This document shows, piece after piece, positions 10,275 to 21,497 of a DNA stretch of 64,000 nucleotides; the first letter of the stretch is position 1, and the number at the start of each line of letters is the position of its first letter. The notes beneath the pieces are model-generated. The model saw only the letters and a program-made list of their open reading frames with translations. It was not told the DNA's origin and searched no databases. This DNA is from Phycisphaerae bacterium (GTDB lineage: Bacteria > Planctomycetota > Phycisphaerae > UBA1845 > Fen-1342), in assembly GCA_963675745.2 (NCBI GenBank), contig CAXXWX010000026.1:672001-736000 (forward strand), given 5' to 3'. A program made the position numbers and the translations under genes.

Positions 10275-10607
10275 TTAGTTCCTCTCGTCAACAGCGACGT
10301 AAATGTGACTGGTGCGCTTCTGAATGGGGTGCGCCCGGCCGCGGTCCTTGGGATGCCAACGCTTGATGATCGGTCCCCCGTCCACGCGGATCTCCGAGAC
10401 AAACAGCTTGTTCATGGCCGCCTCTTTTTCGTTGGCGTTGGCCATCGCCGACTTCAAGACGCGGTCCACCATGCGCGCTGCGCGTTTGTGCGTGAATTGC
10501 AGGATCGCGACCGCATCGTCGCAGTTCTGGCCGCGGATCAGGTCGCCGACCAGCCGCGCCTTGCGCTCCGAGATGCGTGCGTAGCGATGTATTGCACTCC
10601 AGGACAT
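10275..10607 (-). CDS. rplV: 50S ribosomal protein L22
   Basis: RISERKARLV, KSAMANA, KRTSHI. Confidence 0.97.
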   Translation of the reverse strand: MSWSAIHRYARISERKARLVGDLIRGQNCDDAVAILQFTHKRAARMVDRVLKSAMANANEKEAAMNKLFVSEIRVDGGPIIKRWHPKDRGRAHPIQKRTSHIYVAVDERN

Positions 10608-10622
10608 CGTTGCTCGCCCTTT

Positions 10623-10886
10623 CTACTTGCGCGTCGTGTGCGTCTTGAACGCCCGCGTGGGCGCGAACTCGCCCAGCTTGTGGCCCACCATTTCCTCGGT
10701 GACATACACCTTGGCGTAGTTCCGGCCATTGTGGACGTCGAAGGTCAGCCCGACGAACTCCGGCACAATCGTGCAGGACCGGCTCCAGGCCTTGATCGGC
10801 GTGTGCGCACCCGCCTCCTTCATGGCCATCGCCTTCTTGAACAGCTTCTCGTTGACGTACGGGCCTTTCTTCAAGCTCCGCGGCAT
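10623..10886 (-). CDS. rpsS: 30S ribosomal protein S19
   Basis: [21 protein letters not shown]. Confidence 0.98.
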   Translation of the reverse strand: MPRSLKKGPYVNEKLFKKAMAMKEAGAHTPIKAWSRSCTIVPEFVGLTFDVHNGRNYAKVYVTEEMVGHKLGEFAPTRAFKTHTTRK

Positions 10887-10910
10887 CTCAACGCTCCTTC
10901 AACGACCGGC

Positions 10911-11783
10911 CTACTTCTTGCGGCGCAGCTTGACCAGTCCATAACGCTTGCTGACCCGACGGCGCAGAATCCGACGGTTCGAGTTCTTCCTTGGCTTGCG
11001 CGTGCGGCCGCCGTCCGCCAACTGCCCCCAGGGGGAACAATGATGCCGGCCGCCGTTGCTGCGTCCTTCACCGCCACCGAGCGGATGCGCCACCGGATTC
11101 ATGGCCGTTCCGCGCACATGCGGACGCCGACCCAAAAATCGCTTCTTGCCGGCCTTGCCGAGCCGCACGTTCTGATGGTCCAGGTTGCCGATCTGGCCGA
11201 TGGTTGCCCGGCACCTGACGTGTACTTGTCGCATCTCGCCCGAGGGCAGCAGGATTGTGGCCCAATCGCCCTCGCGCGCCATCAGCCGAGCCACGCCACC
11301 GGCGGTGCGCACCAGCTTGCCACCCTGTCCGGCGGACATCTCGATGTTGTGGACCGGCATCCCGACCGGCATATTCGCCAGCGGCATGGCGTTGCCGACC
11401 TTCGGCTCCACTTTTTCGCCGCTCTCGACCGTGTCACCCGCTTTCAGCGTGAGCGGGGCCAGCATGTAGCGCTTGACGTTGTCGGGATACTCGACCAGGG
11501 CGATGTGACAGGTGCGGTTCGGGTCGTACTGAATCTCGAGCACTTTCCCGACCACGCCATCCATGTTGCGCTTGAAGTCGATCACGCGATAGAGGCGCTT
11601 GTTGCCACCGCCGCGAAAACGCGACGTGATCACGCCATGGTGATTTCGCCCGCCAGTCTTCTTCAGCCGCTCGGTCAGGGACTTGACCGGGCGGTTCTGA
11701 TGCCGATGCGTAATCTCGGCATAGTCGTTGACGCTGGCAAAGCGGCGTCCCGCCGACGTTTTTTTGTAAATCTTTACACCCAT
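10911..11783 (-). CDS. rplB: 50S ribosomal protein L2
   Basis: [32 protein letters not shown]. Confidence 0.98.
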   Translation of the reverse strand: MGVKIYKKTSAGRRFASVNDYAEITHRHQNRPVKSLTERLKKTGGRNHHGVITSRFRGGGNKRLYRVIDFKRNMDGVVGKVLEIQYDPNRTCHIALVEYPDNVKRYMLAPLTLKAGDTVESGEKVEPKVGNAMPLANMPVGMPVHNIEMSAGQGGKLVRTAGGVARLMAREGDWATILLPSGEMRQVHVRCRATIGQIGNLDHQNVRLGKAGKKRFLGRRPHVRGTAMNPVAHPLGGGEGRSNGGRHHCSPWGQLADGGRTRKPRKNSNRRILRRRVSKRYGLVKLRRKK

Positions 11784-11828
11784 CGGTCCACTCCGTGGTG
11801 TACAACGGCCTCCTGGCCGATTAACGCA

Positions 11829-12122
11829 CTAGAACAGGTCGATCGCGGCCTCCGGCGCCAGCACGACGATGGCCTTTTTGATCTCCCGGGTCCGTCCATA
11901 CTTGTAGCGGTAGCGACGCAACTTACCGGCACGATTCGATGTGCGCACCGCCTGCACTTTCACGCCATAGATCTTTTCAACGGCGTCCTTGATCTGTGCC
12001 TTGTTTGCGTAGGGGTGCACCTCAAAGGTGTACGCGCCGCCGCGCCGCTCATTACCGCTATGCGTCTGGTGCGAGCTTTTCTCGGTGACGATCGGCTTGA
12101 TGATTGTGTGATAGATGTCCAT
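11829..12122 (-). CDS. rplW: 50S ribosomal protein L23
   Basis: PIVTEKS, ANKAQIKDAVE, KKAIV. Confidence 0.96.
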   Translation of the reverse strand: MDIYHTIIKPIVTEKSSHQTHSGNERRGGAYTFEVHPYANKAQIKDAVEKIYGVKVQAVRTSNRAGKLRRYRYKYGRTREIKKAIVVLAPEAAIDLF

Positions 12123-12124
12123 CG

Positions 12125-12769
12125 CTACCCGCCTTGCTTGCTCGCCGCGTCGACGCTCTGGCGAAAGGCGTCAAATGCCTCGCGCGTGAAGATCAGATTC
12201 CGGCGTGAGAGGATCGAGAACGCGTTGAGGTCGTTGACGTTCATGATCTCGGCCCGCTGGATGTTTCGGCCGCTCTTGTACAGCATGGGATCGACGCCCG
12301 CCGTGGCGAACACGCAGCCACGCTCGGCCTTCACGGCTCCGAGCAAGGCGGCGAATCGGCGCGTCTTGGGCTCGTCGAACTTGAGCCCGTCGATGACGCA
12401 GGCGCGTTCGCTCTGAATCTGGGCGAGCACCGCCTGATTGCGTGCCAGGCGGCGCATCTTCTTGGGCATGTCCTGGCTGAAGTCCTTGGGCTTACGGGGA
12501 AACGCCCGGCCGCCGCCACGCCGCACGCACGTGCGGGCATTGCCCATGCGTGCCCGTCCGGTGCCCTTTTGGCGATAGAGCTTGCGGGTGGAGCCGATGA
12601 TCTCACCGCGCGATTTCTGAGAAGCGCTGCCCTGCCGACGATTGGCGTGATACATCACGACCGCCTGCTTCAGCAGCGCTGGACGCAGCTCGCCTCCCAG
12701 CAGCGCTTCGTCGATCGATTCGCTGCCGATCTGCTCGCCAGATTCGTTATATACCGGTACGCTCAACAT
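12125..12769 (-). CDS. rplD: 50S ribosomal protein L4
   Basis: RQKGTGRARMG, GGGRAF, KKMRRLA. Confidence 0.97.
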   Translation of the reverse strand: MLSVPVYNESGEQIGSESIDEALLGGELRPALLKQAVVMYHANRRQGSASQKSRGEIIGSTRKLYRQKGTGRARMGNARTCVRRGGGRAFPRKPKDFSQDMPKKMRRLARNQAVLAQIQSERACVIDGLKFDEPKTRRFAALLGAVKAERGCVFATAGVDPMLYKSGRNIQRAEIMNVNDLNAFSILSRRNLIFTREAFDAFRQSVDAASKQGG

Positions 12770-12781
12770 GGCTCATATCCG

Positions 12782-13435
12782 CTACGGACGTTTGGTCGCC
12801 TTGGTGACAAGGATGTAGCCGCCTTTCGGCCCCGGGACGGCACCCCGAATCCACATGACATTGTGCTCGGGATCGACGCCCAGCAACTCCTGGCTCTGAA
12901 TGGTGCGGCGCGCGGCCCCCGTCTGGCCACCCATGCGCTTGCCCTTCTTGATCTTGCCGGTGCCGAGGTTCGACGAATGCCCGCCGATACTCCCCGGCGA
13001 GCGGTGCTTGCGCTCGGTTCCGTGCGATGCGGGCTGGCCACCGAAACCCCAACGCTTCATCGGACCCTGGAAGCCCTTCCCGCGGGTGGTGCCAACGATA
13101 TCAACGTGCTTGACTTCGGCGTCGCTGAAGACCTCGACGGTAATGGTGTCGCCAACTTCCCGGTCGGGAGCGTCGGGAAGTCTGATCTCGCGAATGAATC
13201 TTTTGGGGGAGGTTGAGGCTTTGCGGGCGTGACCAATTTCGGGCAGGGTCGAGCGGTGCGGCTTGACGTCGTCGAAACCTAGCTGGACGGCGTCGTATCC
13301 GTCCGGGCCGTCATGACGCTTCACCTGCATTACGACGCAAGGGCCCGCCTCCACGACCGTCACGGGAATCATCTCACCCGACGGGTCGTAGATCTGCGTC
13401 ATGCCCACTTTTTTACCGAGTATTGCCGGTACCAT
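12782..13435 (-). CDS. rplC: 50S ribosomal protein L3
   Basis: [33 protein letters not shown]. Confidence 0.98.
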   Translation of the reverse strand: MVPAILGKKVGMTQIYDPSGEMIPVTVVEAGPCVVMQVKRHDGPDGYDAVQLGFDDVKPHRSTLPEIGHARKASTSPKRFIREIRLPDAPDREVGDTITVEVFSDAEVKHVDIVGTTRGKGFQGPMKRWGFGGQPASHGTERKHRSPGSIGGHSSNLGTGKIKKGKRMGGQTGAARRTIQSQELLGVDPEHNVMWIRGAVPGPKGGYILVTKATKRP

Positions 13436-13509
13436 GCGACGGTACTCCCACCAGCGCTGGCGCGACTGTCGCGCCGCGACGCCGTTTCGCGTTGTCGACT
13501 CGCGTCGAG

Positions 13510-13818
13510 TTACGCCTTGATCTTTACAAACACGCCCGCCGGAACCACCAGACGGTTTAACGCGTCCACCGTCCGTGAGGTCGGCTCGAGAATGTCTATC
13601 ACCCGCTTATGGGTGCGCATCTCAAACTGCTCGCGCGCCTTCTTGTCAATATGCGGCGAACTCAGCACGGTGAAACGTTCGACCCGCGTCGGAAGCGGAA
13701 TCGGGCCACACACCCGGGCGCTGGTGCGCCGGGCCTGTTCGACGATCTCCTCTGCCGACGAATCGAGCGCGCGATGATCGTACGCTTCCATCCTGATTCG
13801 GATCCGCTCACCCGCCAT
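13510..13818 (-). CDS. rpsJ: 30S ribosomal protein S10
   Basis: [29 protein letters not shown]. Confidence 0.98.
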   Translation of the reverse strand: MAGERIRIRMEAYDHRALDSSAEEIVEQARRTSARVCGPIPLPTRVERFTVLSSPHIDKKAREQFEMRTHKRVIDILEPTSRTVDALNRLVVPAGVFVKIKA

Positions 13819-13889
13819 GCACTTACTCCGTTGCCGCTAGTGCGGACATACCCAGCCGGTCGCCCGGACTGTAATTGCCGAGACCCTCT

Positions 13890-13917
13890 AAGATACACGC
13901 CCGTCGTGTGGCGTCAA
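13890..13917 (-). promoter_or_regulatory. Putative sigma70-type promoter of the S10 operon
   Basis: Minus strand TTGACG-16 nt-TATCTT, about 70 nt upstream of rpsJ. Confidence 0.5.
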
Positions 13918-14070
13918 GCCGACCAGGCGCAAAAACCTCCCGCATATATGCTGCATTTCGCCCGCGGCGGTCACCACACTCGCCAATGGGGCGCCGCTCT
14001 TCTCACACGGGACCGGGAGCTTTGCCTCCAGGTACGGCAAAGACCGCCCGACCCGGGAGCGTCGCGGCGG

Positions 14071-14964
14071 CTAGGCCCCCGGGTCCACAATATAGACGTA
14101 ATCCAGATCGCGAACCCGCCCCAGCGGCGATACCTCCAGGTCAAAGTGGAGCTGCGTCTGGTCCAGCTTGCGCGATTCCACCACCTCGCCGACGGGCATT
14201 GTGATCGGCAGCGTCCCCGCCGCCCCCAGCAGCACGAGATGCGCCCCCAACTCGTGATAGTCGCGCGTGGCCTCCCGGATCAGCATGCGCCCATGGCCCT
14301 GCCCGTAGAGCATTTGCTCACTGCCCACCGGCTCCCACGAGAACGCCTCTTCATCGACCCGCGCCAACTGCACGCGCTGCTTGAAATCCCGGTCGCTCAC
14401 CAGCATCACCAGGCTTTCGTAGGGACGAGCTTCGATGATGCGGCCGATCACCCACTGTCGCGCGAGCAGCTCACGGCCGGAGGCACCGCTCGTATTCGGG
14501 CTTCCCGCGGCGACCCACAACCCGGACCGCACGCCGGCCAGACTTCCCTTGGCCAACACCAACACATCGCGTCGCGGGTCCCCGATCGGGGCGATTACGC
14601 GTGCAATAATGATGCGGCTGCGCGAGTCGCTGAGCTGGTTGTGGAACCCGGTGACATCCGCCAGTCGCAGGTCCAGTTCGCGCTGGTAGTCGTTCAACGC
14701 GAGCACCTGCCGCTCGAGTTCCTCATTCCGGTCAATCAGCGCGGATATCTGCTCGGAGGAAAGCTGCGAGACGCGCGCGTCGCCGCCCCACCCTTTGAGC
14801 CGCATGGTCGCCGACCTCACCGGAGACTCGATGAGCCCCAGCGGTTGCGTAAACACGCGCGCCCAGCCGGTGAATGCGGCCGGCAACAGCGCCGCCGCAA
14901 GCGCCCCGAGCATGAGCACGTTGAATGCGGCTTGCCTGGATAGTCGCCGCGCACGACTGGTCAT
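14071..14964 (-). CDS. mreC: Rod shape-determining protein MreC-like
   Basis: N-terminal TM, coiled coil, ARVI..LVLAKGSLAGVRSG, VIGRI, final LEVSP..LDYVYIV; directly downstream of mreB. Confidence 0.75.
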   Translation of the reverse strand: MTSRARRLSRQAAFNVLMLGALAAALLPAAFTGWARVFTQPLGLIESPVRSATMRLKGWGGDARVSQLSSEQISALIDRNEELERQVLALNDYQRELDLRLADVTGFHNQLSDSRSRIIIARVIAPIGDPRRDVLVLAKGSLAGVRSGLWVAAGSPNTSGASGRELLARQWVIGRIIEARPYESLVMLVSDRDFKQRVQLARVDEEAFSWEPVGSEQMLYGQGHGRMLIREATRDYHELGAHLVLLGAAGTLPITMPVGEVVESRKLDQTQLHFDLEVSPLGRVRDLDYVYIVDPGA

Positions 14965-15186
14965 CGCAGATGCACAACTCCGTTCCCTGGTTTGACGTCG
15001 ACGGCCTGTCGGATAGCCCCGGCGGGAGAAGGCGAGCAGGGTAGCGGCCCGCGCCGCGCAGGCCATCAAACGCCGATCAGCTCCCGCCCACGACTCGAGC
15101 CCTGGGACCGTCGCAGATCCCAAAAGGCGCTTCGGCTAATCACGCCCGCCCTTGCCATCACACGCGCGTGGATGACGGAAGGAGCT

Positions 15187-16323
<1,137 letters not shown>

Positions 16324-16547
16324 CTAGACCGCGAGATCACCCGCCGGCGGGCGGCAACAGCGTGCCGAACAGCGTTTGCGCCTGAAACCCCACGAACACA
16401 GTCGCCGCAAGGATGCACAGAAATGCCACGACCACCAGGACCGTGTATACGTCATTTTCGGCAGGCGGCCGCATGCGACTGGGGCCAGGGTTCAACTGCG
16501 ACATCATCACTCCCGTCGTTACCGCTTATGCACCACCGGCGTGGCAA

Positions 16548-17399
16548 TTACGACTGGTCGTACGACACCCGGTCTCCCGGGCGAATCTCGCCCTGGAGGG
16601 TTCTCAGCCGTCCGCCGGCCTCAGCCGGTTGCACCTCGCTGATCGTCAACTCGCCCAGGAATGACCCACCGCGATAGATCATCATGGTCATACCCGGCAC
16701 CACGCCCGACGACGCGCCGATATTCACGCTCGCGTAACTCCCCTCCACGGCGGCAACCTCGCCGCGGATCGGTCCGGCCACGGTGGGGAGCGCCACGGTC
16801 GTCGCCTCGCTGACCGCGGGCCGCCCGCCGGCTGACAGGTGCGCCTGCATGTCGGCGATGCTCTGCTCAGACGCGAAGAGCTTTTCCTGGAGATTGCGCA
16901 CCTGCTCGCGCAGGATGGTCGAATCCGCGGTCAACTCCAGCACGCGCGCGTTGAGCGCCGTGATCTGGTCACGGTTCTTGATCTTGTCCATGACCAGCGC
17001 GTGGTTCTGCTCGCGTAACCCGGCCACCTCCCCGGTCACGATGCCCAGCATCTCCTGGAGTTTCGTACGGCCGGTCTCCGCCGCGACCTTATCGTTGCGC
17101 ACGCGCACCAGGTCGCTCTGCTTCTCGGTGAGGTCGTCGGTCAGGGTCTGGGTGCGCTGGCGTTCGTCCCGCAACTGCGCCTCGGCGCTGCGCAGGGCGT
17201 CATCCTTCATCGCCAACGCCGCTTCCATCGTCGCGACGGCGTTGTCGCGTTCGGTCTGGGCCGCGTCCCTCTGCACCAGATAGGTCTCCGCCAGCGCCCG
17301 GTAGTTCGCCCACTGGGCCGAAGCCGAGATGAACAGGACAGACGCGACGATCGAGAGAACGGCGGTCAACACCACGAATACTTTGGTCATCGTGCTCAC
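16548..17399 (-). CDS. Membrane-anchored long coiled-coil protein with C-terminal beta domain
   Basis: N-terminal hydrophobic helix, about 150 aa heptad-rich region, VNIGASSGV.PGM...YRG; AAGGAG RBS. Confidence 0.75.
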   Translation of the reverse strand: MSTMTKVFVVLTAVLSIVASVLFISASAQWANYRALAETYLVQRDAAQTERDNAVATMEAALAMKDDALRSAEAQLRDERQRTQTLTDDLTEKQSDLVRVRNDKVAAETGRTKLQEMLGIVTGEVAGLREQNHALVMDKIKNRDQITALNARVLELTADSTILREQVRNLQEKLFASEQSIADMQAHLSAGGRPAVSEATTVALPTVAGPIRGEVAAVEGSYASVNIGASSGVVPGMTMMIYRGGSFLGELTISEVQPAEAGGRLRTLQGEIRPGDRVSYDQS

Positions 17400-17630
17400 G
17401 TACGAACTCCTTCACAAAGTGGAGCCGGGCCTTGGTGCCGCCCCGTTCGCCGTTTTCCTCTGTGCGGGCAACTTGAACCGCATTGCCGCCACGCCGGCGG
17501 ATTTTACGAACTCCCGGCTGCTTTGCAACCGCAATTGTGCGCTGTCGGCGCCCATTCCGCAATCGTCCGCCGCCCACGGTTTACGTGAATCCGTTGGCAA
17601 CTTCAGCCACCGCCCGCTACGCTACGCGCG

Positions 17631-18602
17631 ATGGAGCTATCAGTCACACTGCTGGAGCCGCACCGCCGGGCCGACCTCTTTGGCCCAAGCGATCGTTTCC
17701 TGCGCCGGATACGACAAGCCGTCGGCGTGCGGATCGAGGCGCGCAACGCCAACGTGCGTATCATCGGAGAATCAGCGGCCGTCACCAAAGCCGCTTCGGT
17801 CATCGAACACCTGCAAAAGAGGCTGCGCAAGCAAGCCAACCTCGACGACGGCGACATCGACGACGCCCTGGCCGATATCGAACAGCGCGAAGCTGCGCGC
17901 GAGCCGGATGCGCTCGCCACTTTTTCGCGTGGCACGGTCATCAGGCCGCGCACCGATGGTCAGCGCCACTACGTTCAAGCAATGCTCAACAATGACCTGG
18001 TCATTTGTCTCGGGCCGGCCGGCACCGGTAAGACCTATCTGGCCGTCGCTGTCGCAACCCACGCACTGAAGCTCGGGTTGATCCAGCGCATCATGCTGGT
18101 GCGCCCGGCGGTTGAAGCCGGTGAGAAGCTCGGCTTCCTCCCCGGCGACTTCCAGCAGAAAGTGAACCCCTACCTGCGACCGCTGTTCGACGCGATGCAC
18201 GACACGATGACGTTTGACCAGCTCAAGCGTTTTATGGTCAACGACGTGGTCGAGGTCATCCCGCTGGCATACATGCGCGGCCGCACGTTGAATCGCGCGG
18301 CCATCATCCTCGATGAGGCCCAGAACACCACGCCGTCTCAGATGCTGATGTTCCTGACCCGTCTGGGCCACCAGAGCAAGATGATCGTGACGGGCGACGA
18401 CAGCCAGGTGGATCTCGAGCCGGGCCAGCCCTCGGGGCTGACCGATGCGGCCGCCAAGCTGCGTGGGGCTACCGGGGTGGATGTAATCCGGCTGACGGAC
18501 GCGGATATAGTGCGTCATCGCCTGGTTCAGGAAATCGTGAATCGCTACGCGCAATCCAACGCGTCGTCGAAAAAAGCGGGTCGATCGTCCGATAATAAGT
18601 AG
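17631..18602 (+). CDS. phoH: PhoH-family ATPase
   Basis: GPAGTGKT, RPAVEAGEKLGFLPG, YMRGRTL, LDEAQN. Confidence 0.96.
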   Translation: MELSVTLLEPHRRADLFGPSDRFLRRIRQAVGVRIEARNANVRIIGESAAVTKAASVIEHLQKRLRKQANLDDGDIDDALADIEQREAAREPDALATFSRGTVIRPRTDGQRHYVQAMLNNDLVICLGPAGTGKTYLAVAVATHALKLGLIQRIMLVRPAVEAGEKLGFLPGDFQQKVNPYLRPLFDAMHDTMTFDQLKRFMVNDVVEVIPLAYMRGRTLNRAAIILDEAQNTTPSQMLMFLTRLGHQSKMIVTGDDSQVDLEPGQPSGLTDAAAKLRGATGVDVIRLTDADIVRHRLVQEIVNRYAQSNASSKKAGRSSDNK

Positions 18603-18688
18603 CATCGATGCGAAACCGGCCGGCGCCTGCACGCATCTGCCCAAGCCGTGGTTGACTTCCACGCACAACCCGCCAACCCTTATCAAGT

Positions 18689-20989
18689 ATGTGGTGGTTC
18701 GGGAAGAAAACGACGCGTCGGAAGGAAATCCGACGCTCAAAGGCCGAAAGGACCCAGCCGGTTCTTCAGCGCCTGGCCCAGCGGCTACCCATCCCGACGT
18801 TGGCGCTCGGGCTGGTCGGCGCCATCGCCGCCGCGCTGGTCGTCAACCTCGGCGGCGACGCCTTCGGACTGCGCGTCGGCCAGACGTTGCCGCGCGCCCT
18901 TACCGCCAGGATTGAGTTTGAACGCTTTAACCATGACGGCACCCACGCCGCACGGCTCTCGGCACGCAACACGTCCCCAAACTACTACCGGCTCGACGCG
19001 GCCATCCTCGAGGATATCCGCGGCGCGCTGGCCAATGCCCTGACAATCGCACAGACCTATCGGGACGCGCCGCAGAAGATCCGCGACGAGGCCGCCAAGA
19101 ACCAGGTCAATCTGGACGATGACGGCCTGGCCGAGTTGGTGCGTGTCGCGGGCCTTGAAGATCCGTCGGTCTACAGCCGTGCCGTTGACGGGCTCATAGA
19201 CAAGCTGCGCGGCCAGGCGCTGGTCGAGGCCTCTGATCTGGCGCGGCGGCGAACGCCGCTCGTGGCGATTCTGCTGGATCCCGAGCGCCAGCAGGCACCG
19301 GCGCCGACCGTGGCGGTCGGCAATCTGCTCGTATCCGATGCGGATGCCGTCCGAAAGGTCGCCGAGACCGTGTCAGCCGCGTTTGTCCCGGCGTTGCGGC
19401 CGCTGCGGGCCTCGGTCGAACAGTCGCTGATCAGCCTGCTTAACGATGACGACCACACCAAAGCGCCATACCGCTTCGACGGTGGCCTCACGGCGCAGCG
19501 AGCTCAAGCCGCCTGGGACGCCGTCGAGGATCAATACGACACGTTCCCGCGCGGCTCCGTCATTGCTGATGCCGGCCGGATCAGCGCCGCGGAGGTCGAT
19601 TTACTCAGGACGGAGCACGCGGCGTACCGCAGCCAGCTCGAGGCCGGCGGCTTCGCGGGCCTGGCCCAGGGAGCGAACCTCGGACGGGCGTTGCTGGCCT
19701 TCCTGGCAACCATCGCGGTGTTCGCGCACTACGGACTGTTCGTGCCGGGCTTCAGCCCCCGACTATTGAGACAACTGAGCACCGCGGCGATCCTGGTGGG
19801 TCTGCTCGTCTTGATGAGACTGGTGTATGTCCATGCGAGCATGTTGCCGGCGCACATCGCGCTGGCCGGACAGGCCGGCGCGGTGGCCATCCTCTCGATC
19901 GCCTATCACAACCGGGCCAGTGTGTACCCGCTGGCGATGACGCTCGCATTCCTGATGACGCTCGCCACCCAACAGGGCCTGGAGTTCTTCTTCGTGCTGT
20001 TCACGGTGTCGGTCGTCCTGGCCGTGCTGCTGAGCAACGTGCGGTATCGGGCTCAGATTGTGGGCGCAGGCGCTTTGGCGGCCCTGGCCGGGGCGGCGGC
20101 GACCCTGGTTGCGAACCTGCTCGACGAGCAGGCACTCGCATTCGCCTTTTGGCAGGCCGCCTGGGCCGCGGGCACGACGCTGGCGGCCGGGTTTGTGGTC
20201 GAGGGTCTGCTGCCGGGTGTCGAGAGACTCTTTAAGACAAGCACAAGCATGACATTGCTCGAGTGGTGCGACTCCAGCAAGCCGTTGATGCGCTCGATGG
20301 CCGCCGAAGCGCCCGGCACCTATAACCACAGCCTGCTGGTCGGGACGCTGGCCGAGGCGGCCGCCGACGGAATCGGCGCCAACGGCCTGCTCTGCCGCGC
20401 CGGCGCCTATTACCACGACATCGGGAAGATCAACAAGCCTGAGTATTTCGTCGAGAATCAGGCCATGCGGCCCAACCGTCACGAGCGGTTGTCGCCCGCG
20501 ATGAGCCTGCTGATCATCATCGGCCACGTCAAGGACGGCATCGAGATGGCCAAGGAGTACCGCGTGCCGGCCAGCCTGCGGCCATTCATCGCCGAGCACC
20601 ACGGAACCACGCTGGTCGAGTACTTCTATCATGCGGCGAGCAAGTCGCGCAAGCCGAATGACCCGGCGGTGTCTGATACGGAGTTCCGCTATCCCGGCCC
20701 GCGACCGCAGTCGCGCGAATCAGCCGTGCTGATGCTGTGCGACGGCATCGAAGGGGCCGTGCGCGCGATGTCCGAGCCGACGCCGGGGCGCATCGAGGAT
20801 GTGGTCAACCGCATCACCGAAAAGCGCCTGATGGACGGTCAGTTCGACGAGTGCGACCTGACCTTCCGCGAGATAGCCATAATCAAGAGCAGCCTGGTCA
20901 AGAGCCTGTGCGCCATCTACCACTCGCGCATCAAGTATCCGTCGCAGGACGAGGACGATTCAAAAGACCAGCAGAGTGTCGGGGCGTGA
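18689..20989 (+). CDS. 7TM-HDIG metal-dependent phosphohydrolase (PgpH-like)
   Basis: Extracellular domain, multiple TMs, APGTYNHS, YYHDIGK, HHGT, FRYPGP; phoH-HD-ybeY context. Confidence 0.9.
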   Translation: MWWFGKKTTRRKEIRRSKAERTQPVLQRLAQRLPIPTLALGLVGAIAAALVVNLGGDAFGLRVGQTLPRALTARIEFERFNHDGTHAARLSARNTSPNYYRLDAAILEDIRGALANALTIAQTYRDAPQKIRDEAAKNQVNLDDDGLAELVRVAGLEDPSVYSRAVDGLIDKLRGQALVEASDLARRRTPLVAILLDPERQQAPAPTVAVGNLLVSDADAVRKVAETVSAAFVPALRPLRASVEQSLISLLNDDDHTKAPYRFDGGLTAQRAQAAWDAVEDQYDTFPRGSVIADAGRISAAEVDLLRTEHAAYRSQLEAGGFAGLAQGANLGRALLAFLATIAVFAHYGLFVPGFSPRLLRQLSTAAILVGLLVLMRLVYVHASMLPAHIALAGQAGAVAILSIAYHNRASVYPLAMTLAFLMTLATQQGLEFFFVLFTVSVVLAVLLSNVRYRAQIVGAGALAALAGAAATLVANLLDEQALAFAFWQAAWAAGTTLAAGFVVEGLLPGVERLFKTSTSMTLLEWCDSSKPLMRSMAAEAPGTYNHSLLVGTLAEAAADGIGANGLLCRAGAYYHDIGKINKPEYFVENQAMRPNRHERLSPAMSLLIIIGHVKDGIEMAKEYRVPASLRPFIAEHHGTTLVEYFYHAASKSRKPNDPAVSDTEFRYPGPRPQSRESAVLMLCDGIEGAVRAMSEPTPGRIEDVVNRITEKRLMDGQFDECDLTFREIAIIKSSLVKSLCAIYHSRIKYPSQDEDDSKDQQSVGA

Positions 20990-21489
20990 CAGACGGACAG
21001 AGGTCAAGGGGGAAGGCGATCAGCGGACTCGGGGCCGCGCGGGCGCTGCACATCTGCATTAACTGGCGCATTCGAACCGACTGGCGCGCTGTCCCCCTGC
21101 TGCGGCGTGTGGCAACCACCGTGGCCCAAGCCGAGGGGTTTCGCGCCGGCGAGCTGTCCGTCACCGTAGTGGGTCGCCGCGCAATGGCCTCGTTGCACCA
21201 GCGCTACCGGAGCACGCCGACAACAACCGATGTGCTGGCGTTTGACCTGGGTACCGATCGGCGCCGCGGCTTGCTCGAGGGTGAGATCGTCGTCTGCGCC
21301 GACGTAGCCCGCCGTCGATCGGCAGCGCTGGCCGAGGCGCGGCGTGAGCTGGCCCTGTACGTTACACACGGCCTGCTGCACCTGGCAGGCTATGACGACC
21401 ATGACCCGCGCGACTATCGGCGTATGCACGCCCGCGAGGATGCCCTGCTGACCGAGTGCGGCGTCGGCCCGGTATTCGGGCGCGCTTGA
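20986..21489 (+). CDS. ybeY: rRNA maturation endoribonuclease YbeY
   Basis: TDVLAF, HGLLHLAGYDDH; GTGA overlap with the upstream stop (start uncertain). Confidence 0.9.
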   Translation: MTDGQRSRGKAISGLGAARALHICINWRIRTDWRAVPLLRRVATTVAQAEGFRAGELSVTVVGRRAMASLHQRYRSTPTTTDVLAFDLGTDRRRGLLEGEIVVCADVARRRSAALAEARRELALYVTHGLLHLAGYDDHDPRDYRRMHAREDALLTECGVGPVFGRA

Positions 21490-21497
21490 TCTTTGGC

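Noticed and set aside
9936..12416. 826-aa plus-strand ORF and other long antisense ORFs (e.g. 987-2129, 13609-14943, 27941-29449)
   Set aside because: Shadow ORFs opposite well-supported genes, expected at this GC content.
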